Assembly (NCBI GenBank): GCA_963812035.1
Contig: CAWETG010000006.1
Coordinates: 90,337 to 154,336 of the forward strand
Direction: 5' to 3'
Length of the DNA: 64,000 nt
Source: an uncultured Gemmatimonadales bacterium
Lineage (GTDB): Bacteria; Gemmatimonadota; Gemmatimonadetes; Gemmatimonadales; JACORV01
Each line of letters starts with the position of its first letter. Position 1 is the stretch's first letter. Below, one piece after another: positions 1-10,815 of this stretch. The notes beneath the pieces were generated by a model. The model saw nothing but the letters and a program-made list of their open reading frames with translations. It made no database searches and was not told where the DNA came from. The translations under genes were made by a program, and so were the position numbers.

Positions 1-430
1 CCTTTCGCGTATCGCCGCCTGCTCGGCGCCAGGCAATGAAGGCGTCCCAGTCGCGCCGGTTCAAGGTTGAGGCCCGGCGATCCGCTCCGAACGACGACTT
101 GAACATCTCCGCCGCGTGGCGGTCATGCTTCTGAGTGCCCGCCCCCTTCTGGGGGGTCACCTCACGCAGGTAGTTGTCAAAGAGCGATCGGAGACTCGGG
201 TCGGCGTCGAGCGGCGATTCGTTCGTGCGTAGAGCCAGCGCCAGCTCGTCGGCCTTTGTCTTGGCGGCATCCTGAACCCGGTGGCCGAGGGCCACGCGGC
301 GTCGCCTGCCTTCGTCCGAGAACTCCAGAAAGATCAGGCCGGTGTCCGGGTGCTGGTATGCACGCACCCGGTTCCGGCCTCGTTCGCCGGTGGAGTAGCT
401 CCACCGGCGCTTTCGCGCGGTGCTCATCAT
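1..430 (-). CDS. Tyrosine recombinase/integrase, N-terminal part (runs off the window)
   Basis: Manual translation MMSTARKRRWSYSTGERGRNRVRAYQHPDTGLIFLEF...SLRSLFDNYLREVTPQK...DWDAFIAWR resembles an arm-binding plus core-binding region; ATGA overlap with the upstream ORF; catalytic domain not in window. Confidence 0.7.
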   Translation of the reverse strand, partial: MMSTARKRRWSYSTGERGRNRVRAYQHPDTGLIFLEFSDEGRRRRVALGHRVQDAAKTKADELALALRTNESPLDADPSLRSLFDNYLREVTPQKGAGTQKHDRHAAEMFKSSFGADRRASTLNRRDWDAFIAWRRAGGDTRK

Positions 431-804
431 GAGTCTCCTGAGGAGGTCACGACAGCCCGCGCGATCTGCCCGGGTGTTGCACCGAGAAGTCTGGGGGGGG
501 ACGCCGCCGCGCGCAACGCGCCGGGCTTGTATGGCAGGTGGCGTCGTAGAATCCGTGGCGCGTTCTTTCGCCCGGCGTTTGGGATCGTCCCTACACGGAG
601 AAGTTTGCCGAGGTGTTCGGGCGAGTAGCCGCACTCTTGGGAGGCCTCGACCAGCGTCAGCGCCTCGGCATCGCTGAAGCGCGCAAGGGACTGAAGGTCG
701 GCTAGTATGGCTTCGATGAGTTTCGCGCCATCCACGTGCGCGCCGAGGCGGCGGAGAGACTCTGCCTCGGCGTCCCACTTGGCGACGAATTCGTCGAGTT
801 TCAC
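427..804 (-). CDS. HTH DNA-binding protein, excisionase-like
   Basis: LTLVEASQECGYSPEHLGKLLRVGTIP HTH motif; translationally coupled to the integrase. Confidence 0.7.
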   Translation of the reverse strand: MKLDEFVAKWDAEAESLRRLGAHVDGAKLIEAILADLQSLARFSDAEALTLVEASQECGYSPEHLGKLLRVGTIPNAGRKNAPRILRRHLPYKPGALRAAASPPRLLGATPGQIARAVVTSSGDS

Positions 805-827
805 GGGGCATTTACAGGGGACGAGAT

Positions 828-843
828 CCTAGGATTTCCTAGG
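828..843. promoter_or_regulatory. Palindromic operator candidate CCTAGGA-TT-TCCTAGG upstream of xis-int
   Basis: Perfect inverted repeat in the 805-846 intergenic gap. Confidence 0.5.
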
Positions 844-846
844 TTC

Positions 847-1680
847 TCAGTCGTCCTCCTCCTCCCAGTTCTCCAGGATTTCGTCTACCAGATCGTCCAC
901 GTCCCGCTCGGACCAACCCGATTCAACTTCGTCCTCCAGCGCAGTCTCGACTTCCGCCTGAGCGTCCTCGGCTTCATCATGCTCCCAGCGAAGCGTTTCG
1001 AACCGCACGCGGGACTTGCCGTGCTCGATCAAGGACTCAACGCGCTGTTCGTCACGCGCCTCGGCCGCTTCCCTGGCCTCTGCCTCAGCCCTCTCTGCTG
1101 CCTCACGCGCCGCGACGGCCTTGAAGGGCTCCAGTACGGCTTCGACCCTGGCCCCGATTGCCCTACGGGCCTCCCAGACATCCGTGGCGGGTGGGAGGCG
1201 CCGGGCCGTTACGTAGCTCTCCAAGGTCTCGATCACGGCAGAGCGAGCCGAGGCGGTCGAGCCGTAGGGGACGAGGGACTCGCCGTAGGACTTCAGCCCA
1301 GCAATCCGATTTCGTTCGGAGCGCTCCGCCGTGGCCGCCCTCAGCTCGTCGAGGAGCTCCTCGTGATACGACTTTGGGGGAGCAGCGGCGGGCTGTGGCC
1401 TCACGACAGGCTCGGGCTCGTCCCAGACTTCTTCAAGCGGTTCATCCCGCAGGTGCCGGGCAGTGACTCTGCGACCCGCTGGCGATTGGGCCAGCCGATA
1501 CTTCCGAGTCCGCGAACCCTGCCGCGCGAGCCAGGCATCCAGGGCAGCGGGCGCGAAGCGCCGATGACCGCCAGCGGTCCGTACAGCCTTGAGCTGGCCT
1601 GAGCTCTCCAATTGGCGGACCGTGTCCACCGACAACCCGAGGCGCCGGGCAGCATCGCCTATCCCCAGAAACGCAGTCAT
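847..1680 (-). CDS. MerR/excisionase-type HTH protein with acidic helical C-terminus
   Basis: FLGIGDAARRLGLSVDTVRQLESSGQLKAVRTAGGHRRF. Confidence 0.8.
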   Translation of the reverse strand: MTAFLGIGDAARRLGLSVDTVRQLESSGQLKAVRTAGGHRRFAPAALDAWLARQGSRTRKYRLAQSPAGRRVTARHLRDEPLEEVWDEPEPVVRPQPAAAPPKSYHEELLDELRAATAERSERNRIAGLKSYGESLVPYGSTASARSAVIETLESYVTARRLPPATDVWEARRAIGARVEAVLEPFKAVAAREAAERAEAEAREAAEARDEQRVESLIEHGKSRVRFETLRWEHDEAEDAQAEVETALEDEVESGWSERDVDDLVDEILENWEEEDD

Positions 1681-1997
1681 CGGCCGAGCGCGTTCCGGTT
1701 GAGTCGCCCGTACTCCAGCAAGACCTTCCGGACCTTCTTGATCTCGCTGAGGGGAATGAGCGACGGCTGTCCTTGGGCCTTGAGGTGCTTCAGATCGCCC
1801 GCGTTCACCCAGTTGTTGATGGTCATGACGCTGACTTCGAGAAGGTCGGCAGCCATGGCTTGTGTGACGATGCCGTCATACGGAATGCGCCAGGCGTACC
1901 AATTCCCGTCCTCCAGTTGACGCTTGATGGTGACACCCTGGAAGAGACCGCCATTGTCCCACTCGACGACTGGCTTTGGTGGCTGGTAGTAGGCCAT
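1677..1997 (-). CDS. Small HTH (excisionase-family) protein
   Basis: VTQAMAADLLEVSVMTINNWVNAGDL; ATGA overlap with the next gene. Confidence 0.75.
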   Translation of the reverse strand: MAYYQPPKPVVEWDNGGLFQGVTIKRQLEDGNWYAWRIPYDGIVTQAMAADLLEVSVMTINNWVNAGDLKHLKAQGQPSLIPLSEIKKVRKVLLEYGRLNRNALGR

Positions 1998-2006
1998 ATG
2001 TAGAGA

Positions 2007-2035
2007 ATTATAAACTGTAACAATTCCTAAAGCAA
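2007..2035 (-). promoter_or_regulatory. Sigma70 promoter TTGCTT-N17-TATAAT for the HTH operon
   Basis: Perfect -10, 17-bp spacer, ATG 9 nt downstream with no SD (near-leaderless). Confidence 0.75.
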
Positions 2036-2200
2036 GTCGCCGGGAGGGGCGTTCCCGGTCGCCCTGTCGTCGGCATGCCGTCGCCGGGCCGGGCTATGGC
2101 TTCTTGTAGTCTGGTGCTTGGGCGGTCAGTCACACATTGTTGGTTCTCTTAGGCGGACCACGGCGGGCCGAAGGTCGGAAGTACTCTTGGGCCGACACAG

Positions 2201-5200
2201 GTGATCCCGCACTCCGGGCCGGGAGACACGTTGGATCCCATACGCGACTACCTGAAGCGAATCGAGAAGGCTCTCGCAGCGGGAAACGCGACAGAGCATA
2301 CCCATCGCCCTGCCCTCAAGGGTCTGCTTGAGTCGCTCGGACCGGGGCTAACGGCCACCAATGAGCCTAGGCGCGTGGAATGTGGGGCCCCGGACTTCGT
2401 TATCTCGCAGACAAGGAAGCACGGCCCCCTGACTGTTGGTTACGTCGAAGCAAAGGACGTCGGGAAATCGCTCGATGAGGTCGAGCGTTCGGATCAGATG
2501 AGGCGCTACTTGCCAGCGCTGGGCAATCTGGTCTTAACGGACTACCTGGAATTCCGCTGGTATGTGGACGGTCAGAAGAGACTTGTGGGCAGGCTGGCCA
2601 AGAGGCCAAGAGGCGCGCGGCAATCTTCCGACCCTGAGGGTATCCCGGTTGTTGAGGAACTGCTCAAGGCGTTTCTTGAGCATCGCCCCGAGGCCATCAC
2701 GAGCGCGAAGGAGCTGGCTGAACGCATGGCTCGTCTCGCTCATATCGTCCGCGACGTTATCGTCGCTGACTTTGACGCCCGGACTGCGTCAGGAATGCTC
2801 GTCGACCTCAAACAGGCGTTTACCGAGGTCCTGATCCCAGATCTGGGGGCCCCTGATTTCGCTGACATGTTTGCGCAGACCGTCGCATACGGTCTCTTTG
2901 CCGCACGCTGCAACCATGCGGGCACAGCCCCGTTCCAGCGCGTAGGTGCCGCAGCCGAGATCCCGAAGACAAACCCATTCCTGCGCAAACTCTTCGCTTC
3001 AATCACCGGGCCGGACTTGGAGGATGAGCCGTTCGCCGGCTTCGTGGCCGACTTGGCCCAGCTGCTGGCCGATACGGACATGGCAGCTGTCCTTGCTGAC
3101 TTCGGCAAGCGTACGGGCCGCGAGGACCCAGTGGTTCATTTTTACGAGACTTTCCTCGCGGCTTACGATCCGAAGCTACGTCAAGCACGGGGCGTGTATT
3201 ACACGCCTGAGCCAGTCGTTTCATACATCGTTCGCTCGGTGGACCACCTTCTCAAGTCGGTCTTTGGCTGCGGTGGGTTGGCTGACACGTCGGAGATCGA
3301 GCCCCCTGTGCGGTCCGACGATGCCCCGGAGAAGCAACCAAAGTCTCCGCGTGTGCTGATCCTGGACCCCGCATGTGGGACGGGCACGTTCCTCTACGCG
3401 ATAGTGGATGGCATCCGGAACGAGTTCGCGAAGCAGGGAAAAGCCGGGGAATGGTCGGCGTATGTCCGTCAGCACTTGTTGTCGCGTCTCTTTGGGTTCG
3501 AGTTGCTCATGGCTCCCTATGCCGTGGCTCACCTGAAACTCGGGATGCAATTGGCCGCCTTCGACCTGCCGGAGCGGCGGCGCCACGACTGGGCCTATGA
3601 CTTCGCAGGCAGCGAGCGCGTCGGCATATACCTAACAAACTCTTTGGAGGAAGCGGCCAAGAAATCCGAGTTGCTGATTGGGCGCTACATCTCTGAGGAG
3701 GCGAACGCGGCATCGCGTGTTAAGCGGGACCTGCCAATCATGGTGGTACTGGGCAATCCTCCATACGCGGGTCATTCGGCGAACCGGAGCTGGGAAATCA
3801 AGGACGGGAAGAAGGTCTCGAACTTCATCGGACGGCTGTTGGAGGACTACTACCATGTGGACGGGGTGCCGCTCGGCGAGCGAAACCCCAAGTGGCTTCA
3901 AGATGACTACGTGAAATTCCTGCGCTTTGGCCAGTGGCGCATAGAGCAGACTGGCAGCGGCGTGCTCGCCTTCATCACCAACCACAGTTACCTGGACAAC
4001 CCCACATTCAGAGGCTTGCGGAAGCAACTGCTTCGGGCCTTCACGGACATCTACCTCCTCGATCTCCATGGAAGCGCCAAGAAGCCTGAGCAGCGCCCAG
4101 GTGGTGGACCAGACGAGAATGTGTTCGACATCCAGCAAGGTGTTGCGATAGGTCTCTTCGTCAAGCGTCCTGGGACTGCGAAAAGCCCGCGAATCTACCA
4201 TGCACATGTCTGGGGCACGCGCGAGGAGAAGTATGCTTGGCTTTCCAGTTTCGATGTCGCGAGCACGGAATGGACGGAGATAGCTCCGAGATCTCCGTTC
4301 CACCTGTTCGTGCCGCAGGACGCCGATCTTGCCGCGGAGTACGAGGCTGGCTGGAAAGTAACTGAGATCATGCCCGTCAACGTGCTCGGCTTTCAGACAC
4401 ATCGCGACGATTTTGCGGTGGCTTTCGACGAGCCAACCGTTCGTGGTCGGATTGGTGACCTTCGCTCTTCGTCCAAGTCGAACGACGAGCTTCGCGGTGC
4501 ATACGGCCTGGTGGACAATGCCAGCTGGAATCTTGCTTCTGCGCGCACTGCCCTGCGTCGCGACAAGGACTGGACTCGTCACATTGTCCGTTGTGAATAC
4601 AGGCCGTTCGACTGGCGCCCCTGCTACTACACTGAAATCGCGATGGATCGTCCCAGGCGAGAGCTGCTTGAAAACGTCGCTGGTCGTGACAATTTGTGCC
4701 TCAACACCGTCCGACAAACCAAGATGGAGTCGTGGCAGCATGCCCTCGTGTCCGACGCGCCAACGCCTGCCGTATTCGTCGAACTGAAGGATGGGTCGAC
4801 CGTATTTCCACTCTACCTCTACGCGTCGGACACTCCTGATCTGTGGAACTCAAGCGCGCCATCTGGCTCGGCTCCGCAGAGGCGCGCAAACCTCGCGCCG
4901 GAGTTTATCCAAGACGCGGAGGCACGACTTCACATGAGGTTTGTGCCGGACAGGGCAGGGGATCTCCGTTCGACCTTTGGCCCTGAAGATGCCTTCTCCT
5001 ACGTGTATGCCATCCTCAACTGCGGAGAGTACCAGAGGCGCTACGTCGAGTTCTTGAAGACTGATTTCCCGCGGGTGCCTCTCTCCACCGATGTGGAGCT
5101 GTTTCGCCTTCTCGTGGAGAAGGGTGCGGAGCTGGTCCGCGTCCACCTGCTAAGGTCTCCGACCCTCTCTGGGGCGATTGCCAAGTTCCCGGAATCAGGG

Positions 5201-5479
5201 CTCGATATGGTAGAGGCAGGATACCCGATCTACTACGGGCCTGGCGAGATCGTCCCGGGCTCTGCGGTCCCTCTGTCCAGCGGTCGCGTCTACATCAGCG
5301 AAGACGACTCCGGGACACGGAAGAAGGGCCAGTTCTTTGAGGGCGTTGCCCCGGAAATCTGGAACCTCACGGTCGGAGGGTATCAGGTCTGCGAAAAGTG
5401 GTTGAAGGATAGAAGGGGACGGCGCCTTACTTACGACTGCTGTGTACCCCGATTCGACGAGGCACTTTGGGAAGCGTAG
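2201..5479 (+). CDS. Fused restriction endonuclease/N6-adenine methyltransferase (type IIG / ISP-like C-terminus, no helicase); native C-terminus replaced by IS sequence after 5437
   Basis: PD-(D/E)xK motif (GAPDF...YVEAK), motif I LDPACGTGTF, motif IV NPPY, C-terminal GGYQVCEKWLKDRRGR. Confidence 0.9.
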   Translation: MIPHSGPGDTLDPIRDYLKRIEKALAAGNATEHTHRPALKGLLESLGPGLTATNEPRRVECGAPDFVISQTRKHGPLTVGYVEAKDVGKSLDEVERSDQMRRYLPALGNLVLTDYLEFRWYVDGQKRLVGRLAKRPRGARQSSDPEGIPVVEELLKAFLEHRPEAITSAKELAERMARLAHIVRDVIVADFDARTASGMLVDLKQAFTEVLIPDLGAPDFADMFAQTVAYGLFAARCNHAGTAPFQRVGAAAEIPKTNPFLRKLFASITGPDLEDEPFAGFVADLAQLLADTDMAAVLADFGKRTGREDPVVHFYETFLAAYDPKLRQARGVYYTPEPVVSYIVRSVDHLLKSVFGCGGLADTSEIEPPVRSDDAPEKQPKSPRVLILDPACGTGTFLYAIVDGIRNEFAKQGKAGEWSAYVRQHLLSRLFGFELLMAPYAVAHLKLGMQLAAFDLPERRRHDWAYDFAGSERVGIYLTNSLEEAAKKSELLIGRYISEEANAASRVKRDLPIMVVLGNPPYAGHSANRSWEIKDGKKVSNFIGRLLEDYYHVDGVPLGERNPKWLQDDYVKFLRFGQWRIEQTGSGVLAFITNHSYLDNPTFRGLRKQLLRAFTDIYLLDLHGSAKKPEQRPGGGPDENVFDIQQGVAIGLFVKRPGTAKSPRIYHAHVWGTREEKYAWLSSFDVASTEWTEIAPRSPFHLFVPQDADLAAEYEAGWKVTEIMPVNVLGFQTHRDDFAVAFDEPTVRGRIGDLRSSSKSNDELRGAYGLVDNASWNLASARTALRRDKDWTRHIVRCEYRPFDWRPCYYTEIAMDRPRRELLENVAGRDNLCLNTVRQTKMESWQHALVSDAPTPAVFVELKDGSTVFPLYLYASDTPDLWNSSAPSGSAPQRRANLAPEFIQDAEARLHMRFVPDRAGDLRSTFGPEDAFSYVYAILNCGEYQRRYVEFLKTDFPRVPLSTDVELFRLLVEKGAELVRVHLLRSPTLSGAIAKFPESGLDMVEAGYPIYYGPGEIVPGSAVPLSSGRVYISEDDSGTRKKGQFFEGVAPEIWNLTVGGYQVCEKWLKDRRGRRLTYDCCVPRFDEALWEA

Positions 5480-5506
5480 GTTGACTTCTCAAGGGAGGGT
5501 CGTCGG

Positions 5507-5860
5507 ATGGAGACGCAGCGGCGGGGGTCGGATGGACGGCGCATGTTTACGGCCGTGTTCAAGCAGGACCAGATTGCTCGGGTGGCCCGGCAGGAGCTGA
5601 CACTGGCGGAGCTGGCGCGGGAGCTGGCGGTCTCCCCGTCGGTCGTGCGGCGCTGGCACCGGCTGAGCACGAACGGCAGCGCGGCCGCCGTCGGCGCGAA
5701 CGAGGAGGTGGTGCCGGCCAGCGAGCTGCGGGCGGCGCAGCAGCGCATCAAGGAGCTGGAGCGGGCGCTGGGGAAAAAGGCCATGGAGATCGAGATTCTC
5801 CAGGCCGCCCGGGACGAGGTAAAAAAAAGACCCCGCTACTACGGCGTGTGCAAGGCATGA
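5507..5860 (+). CDS. IS3 transposase OrfA
   Basis: HTH plus leucine zipper (RIKELERALGKKAMEIEIL); A8G slippery site at 5821-5829. Confidence 0.9.
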   Translation: METQRRGSDGRRMFTAVFKQDQIARVARQELTLAELARELAVSPSVVRRWHRLSTNGSAAAVGANEEVVPASELRAAQQRIKELERALGKKAMEIEILQAARDEVKKRPRYYGVCKA

Positions 5861-6693
5861 CGGGGCGCGGGATGGCGCCGATCTGCCGGACCTTGGGGAT
5901 CAGCCGGGCCTGCGCGTACCGGGAGAGTGTGGGCCGGCCGGCGCGGTACGTGCGCGCGGACGATCGGGCGGTGACGGCGCAGATCCGCACGGTGATCCGC
6001 ACCCGAGCGTCCTACGGCGCGCGCCGGGTGTGGGCGCTGGTCAATCGCGAGTTTCAGACCGGGTACAACCTCAAGCGGATCCAGCGCGTCATGGAGCTCA
6101 ACGGCTGGAAGCTCCCGCGCGCCACACGGCGGCGGACCGGGCGGGCGCACCGGGGACTCATCCAGCGCGCCGTGTCCAACGAACGCTGGTGCAGCGATGT
6201 GCTGGAGATCGCGTGCTGGAACGGGGAGCTCGTGCAACTCGGCTTCGCCCTGGACTGTCACGATCGCGAAGCTCTGGCCCATGTCGCGGCGCCCCGGGAT
6301 CTGCTGGGCACGGACATCCAGCAGCTGATGCAGCACGCCGTCACGGCGCGCTTCGGCGCGGGGCAGCGGCCGGACGTGCCGATCCAGTGGCTGAGCGACA
6401 ACGGCAGCATCTACACGGCCCTCGACACCCTGCTCACGGCCGAGCGGCTGCACCTGGTGCCCATCACCACGCCGGCGGCGAGTCCGCAGTCCAACGGGAT
6501 GTCGGAGGCGTTTGTGAACACGCTGCGGCGGGATTATATCGTGGGCGCGGACCTCTCCACGGCCGCGATCGTGCTCGACCAGATTCCGGCGTGGCTCGCC
6601 GACTACAACGCCGTCGCGCCGCACTCGGCGCTCGGCTTTCGCTCACCCCAGCAGTACCGGGGTGAGGCAGTCACAGGTAGCCCGAAGTGCTAA
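5848..6693 (+). CDS. IS3 transposase OrfB (DDE)
   Basis: WCSD...WLSDNGSIY...SNGMSEAFVNTLRRDY. Confidence 0.92.
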   Translation: MQGMTGRGMAPICRTLGISRACAYRESVGRPARYVRADDRAVTAQIRTVIRTRASYGARRVWALVNREFQTGYNLKRIQRVMELNGWKLPRATRRRTGRAHRGLIQRAVSNERWCSDVLEIACWNGELVQLGFALDCHDREALAHVAAPRDLLGTDIQQLMQHAVTARFGAGQRPDVPIQWLSDNGSIYTALDTLLTAERLHLVPITTPAASPQSNGMSEAFVNTLRRDYIVGADLSTAAIVLDQIPAWLADYNAVAPHSALGFRSPQQYRGEAVTGSPKC

Positions 6694-6728
6694 CCGAAAG
6701 TGCCTCACGAATTGGGGGACACAGCATC

Positions 6729-6854
6729 CTCTTCTACTGTGGCCCTGCCTCGGGCGCATGTTTCTTGGGGCACTGGCTAAACGCGGCTGCTTCCGAGATC
6801 ATCGTGATGGAGCACCAGCAGCCCGGTTACGCGCCGGCCTTCACGCTTCGCTAG
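6729..6854 (+). pseudogene. C-terminal remnant of a SAVED-like domain protein, truncated by the IS
   Basis: LFYCGPASGACFLGHWLNAAASEIIVMEHQQPGYAPAFTLR* resembles the SAVED C-terminal pattern LFxxGP...FLGxxLN...xxE...YxPxFxL; not in the ORF track. Confidence 0.65.
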
Positions 6855-6914
6855 GGGGGGCTGGCCGTGCTTCCTTGAAGCGGGACACGGCAGCTGTCAT
6901 CTCGGAGGACGTAA

Positions 6915-7652
6915 GTGAAACGTCTGCTCGTTAGCGTGCGCGGACCTGTCGAGGCGCTCGAAGCCGCGCGCGGTGGCGCGGCGATAGCTGACGTCGAGTA
7001 CCCCGCATCTGCCCTCGGCACACCTTACCCCTTCAACATTCTGGCGGTACGAGAGCGATTGGACGCTGGGGGTTTTCGGCGAACCGCTGTTTCCACCAAC
7101 ATTGGCGAGCACCCTTTTGTGCGCGCCACCTCGTGCCAGGCCGCTCTGGGTGTCGCGGTAGCTGGTGCCGACTACATCAAGTTCGGCCTAGCCGAGCAGC
7201 CTTTTGATGCTGCCGCTTACCTAGGTGAGTCCGTTGTGCGAACGGTCCGTCGGTGGTTTCCCAGGAAGCGGCTGTATCCGGCCGTGTTTCTTGACGACGA
7301 CATGGGCAGGTTCTTTGACCCGCTTGTTGACGGCCCAAGGCTGGTAAAGGCCATCAAGTCGGATGGGCTGCTGGTCGATACCTACAACAAGGCGGTCGGA
7401 AAGGGCCTTCTGGACTACACGTCCTTGCGGGAGGTACGGGTGCTTGCGAGGACACTGCACCGACAGAAACGGGAGCTTTGGGTCGCAGGGTCGCTCGTTC
7501 GGGATGACTTACCGGGGCTCTGGGCCGCGGGTGCGGACGTGATCTGCGTTCGCGGTGCCGCCTGTGAGCCCCAAAAGGCGTCTCTACGGTTCGGACGAGT
7601 CAGCGCCTCTACGGTGAGAATACTGGTGAGGACAATTTCGGGTGTCGAATGA
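6915..7652 (+). CDS. MfnB/DUF556-like (4-HFC-P synthase-like) TIM-barrel protein, divergent
   Basis: LLVSVRGPVEALEAARGGA, GADYIKFGL, LVDTYNK, AGSL, GADVICVRGAAC; GGAGG SD; the family DVKxP motif reads DVEYP. Confidence 0.8.
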   Translation: MKRLLVSVRGPVEALEAARGGAAIADVEYPASALGTPYPFNILAVRERLDAGGFRRTAVSTNIGEHPFVRATSCQAALGVAVAGADYIKFGLAEQPFDAAAYLGESVVRTVRRWFPRKRLYPAVFLDDDMGRFFDPLVDGPRLVKAIKSDGLLVDTYNKAVGKGLLDYTSLREVRVLARTLHRQKRELWVAGSLVRDDLPGLWAAGADVICVRGAACEPQKASLRFGRVSASTVRILVRTISGVE

Positions 7653-8263
7653 CCATGAGGCGGTCCTTGTCACCTGCGAGGATACCAAGCGGAGGTTGGC
7701 GCTGTGTGGCCCGATTGCCGACTAGTCGCTGAGGGTCTGCGCCGTTATGTCGCGCGCATTCTCGAAGCCCCGCCCAACCAGGTCCTGATCTTCGCTCGAA
7801 GCCTACAATGCTAGTGCCGCGTCACGGTTGTGGTAGTGGTTCCAGAACGTCTGTCGCAAGAACTGATCATTGGTTTGCAGCCGCACGACGGAATCAGTAA
7901 GAGTTTCGCGAAGTCTTAGGTAGCCAGGCTTTGGCTGTTCGAGTTGATACTCCATCTTGTTGTCAAACAGCCTGAGCAGGAGCTCGGATACGTCCGCCAA
8001 CGAGTCCGTAACCATGGCGCCGACTGCGACCCCAGTGTCGAACTCAATCAGGCGGCTCAGTGGGTGGACGTCTCGATAGAACCTGGTTCTCTGTTCCCGG
8101 TCACAATAGAAGATCACAGGCTTGCCAAGGCTCAGAGCCATCGCGGCCTCTGCGTCCTTCCCCCAACTCTCTTTCTCGCCGGCACAGTACACGAGGGCCT
8201 TGGCGCACTTGACCATCAGGCACTCAATTAGCCCCTTGAATCGCCCCGGGTTTTCCGGAGAGC

Positions 8264-9495
<1,232 letters not shown>

Positions 9496-10815
9496 GACTC
9501 CATCCTCTCAAGAAATGGAGCCTCCGGCAATCCCGGGGCGATTCACCTTGTCTTCGTGGCCCTGTGCGGCACTAAGGGTGGGGTCGAAGTAGCGCAAGTT
9601 GAGATCGGCGAGTCTAGGATCTCCGAAAATCTTCTCGCAAGTCGCAGCCATGCTTCTGAAGTCTTGCCTTGTCCGCATGCTCGTAGCGACATACACGTCG
9701 AGGTCACTAACCATGGACAAGTAGTAAGACGTGTTGGCAAGTGCGGCTTCACGTGCGGCGAAGAACTTCGTGGCAACCTGTTGGTGCTTTTTGCGGAGAT
9801 CTTCCTCCGTCTCAACCTGCTCATCCAGAACGTCATCGGCAGAGAAGATGAACTCTACCTGCCGCTCCTTGTACCGCTTCACGAGGATGTCGCCTTCGAG
9901 AAGTCGACGGATGGTTATCGCACCGCCTCCAGCCAACTTGTGTGCGCGGAACGCTTCGATGAGCGCATCTCGCAGCTCTCCCGGTGTCCCGGGTTGATCA
10001 CCGTAGGACTTACAAGCCATCTCGGAAATGAGATACCTGTCGTCCTTAGGTATCTGTTTCATGGACAGGGCTGGGCCACGCTCTTTGATCAACTGCGTGT
10101 CGAATCGGCGCAACTCGAAGAGGGACCTGAGCTCTGCGGCAGTTAGGGTGCGGAGTTTCCGATATCCGGTCTGGACATCTCCGAAGTAGAGCAGGCTGTC
10201 GGTAAACAGACGATACAAGCCCCATTTCAAGTGGGCGAGCGACACGATGGTGGAGGAGGCGGCCCATTCCGGCCTAAAGCCGGGTAGGTGTGTAACGTCA
10301 TACGGGTGCTGCTTGGGCACGCTCAACCAAAAATATCGGAAGCAATCATCGGACAGTGGAGCTTCTCGGCCCAATGTAAGCAGCTGATTCAGCTGGACCT
10401 TCGGAAGCGGTTCCTCCTCTGTGCGCGCCAATCGGTTCAGTACCTCGGGATGCGTCTTGTCCGATATCCACCCGCCGATGCCGTCGGTCCCGAGCGAGAA
10501 CAGTTCTAGTTCCTTCAGGACTTGCGCGACATCTGTCATGACTGTACCCCCACTTCTAGGATGCGCAAATGACGGCTCGTCTTGCGAACGAGGTCTTCAT
10601 CCCTTGTGCGCGCTACCCGCACGTTGACGGGGTCACTATGGCCAACGGCGTAATCCCTCCTCAAGAACGCAAGAAAAGAACCGGGCTATTCGTAAGGGAA
10701 TGCCCAACCGTCAATACGGACGTGCTGCAGATGCCGCAAGGGGAGCAGACGGTTCCCTATGAGATCCTATAGTGAAGATCTGACAGCCGCTCGCAGTCGG
10801 CGCGCAGTCCCGTGT

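Larger units (their letters stand above)
5438..6726 (+). mobile_element. IS3-family insertion sequence, no target duplication
   Basis: IRL TGCTGTGTACCCCGATTCGACGAGGCACTTT; IRR reverse complement TGCTGTGTCCCCCAATTCGTGAGGCACTTT; flanks GAC and TCC differ. Confidence 0.92.

Noticed and set aside
6915..7652. Evidence for methanofuran/C1 metabolism
   Set aside because: Isolated gene with an altered catalytic motif and no pathway neighbours
10569..10772. 67-aa ORF
   Set aside because: No recognisable motif and weak start context; overlaps the foldable region; not excluded but unsupported
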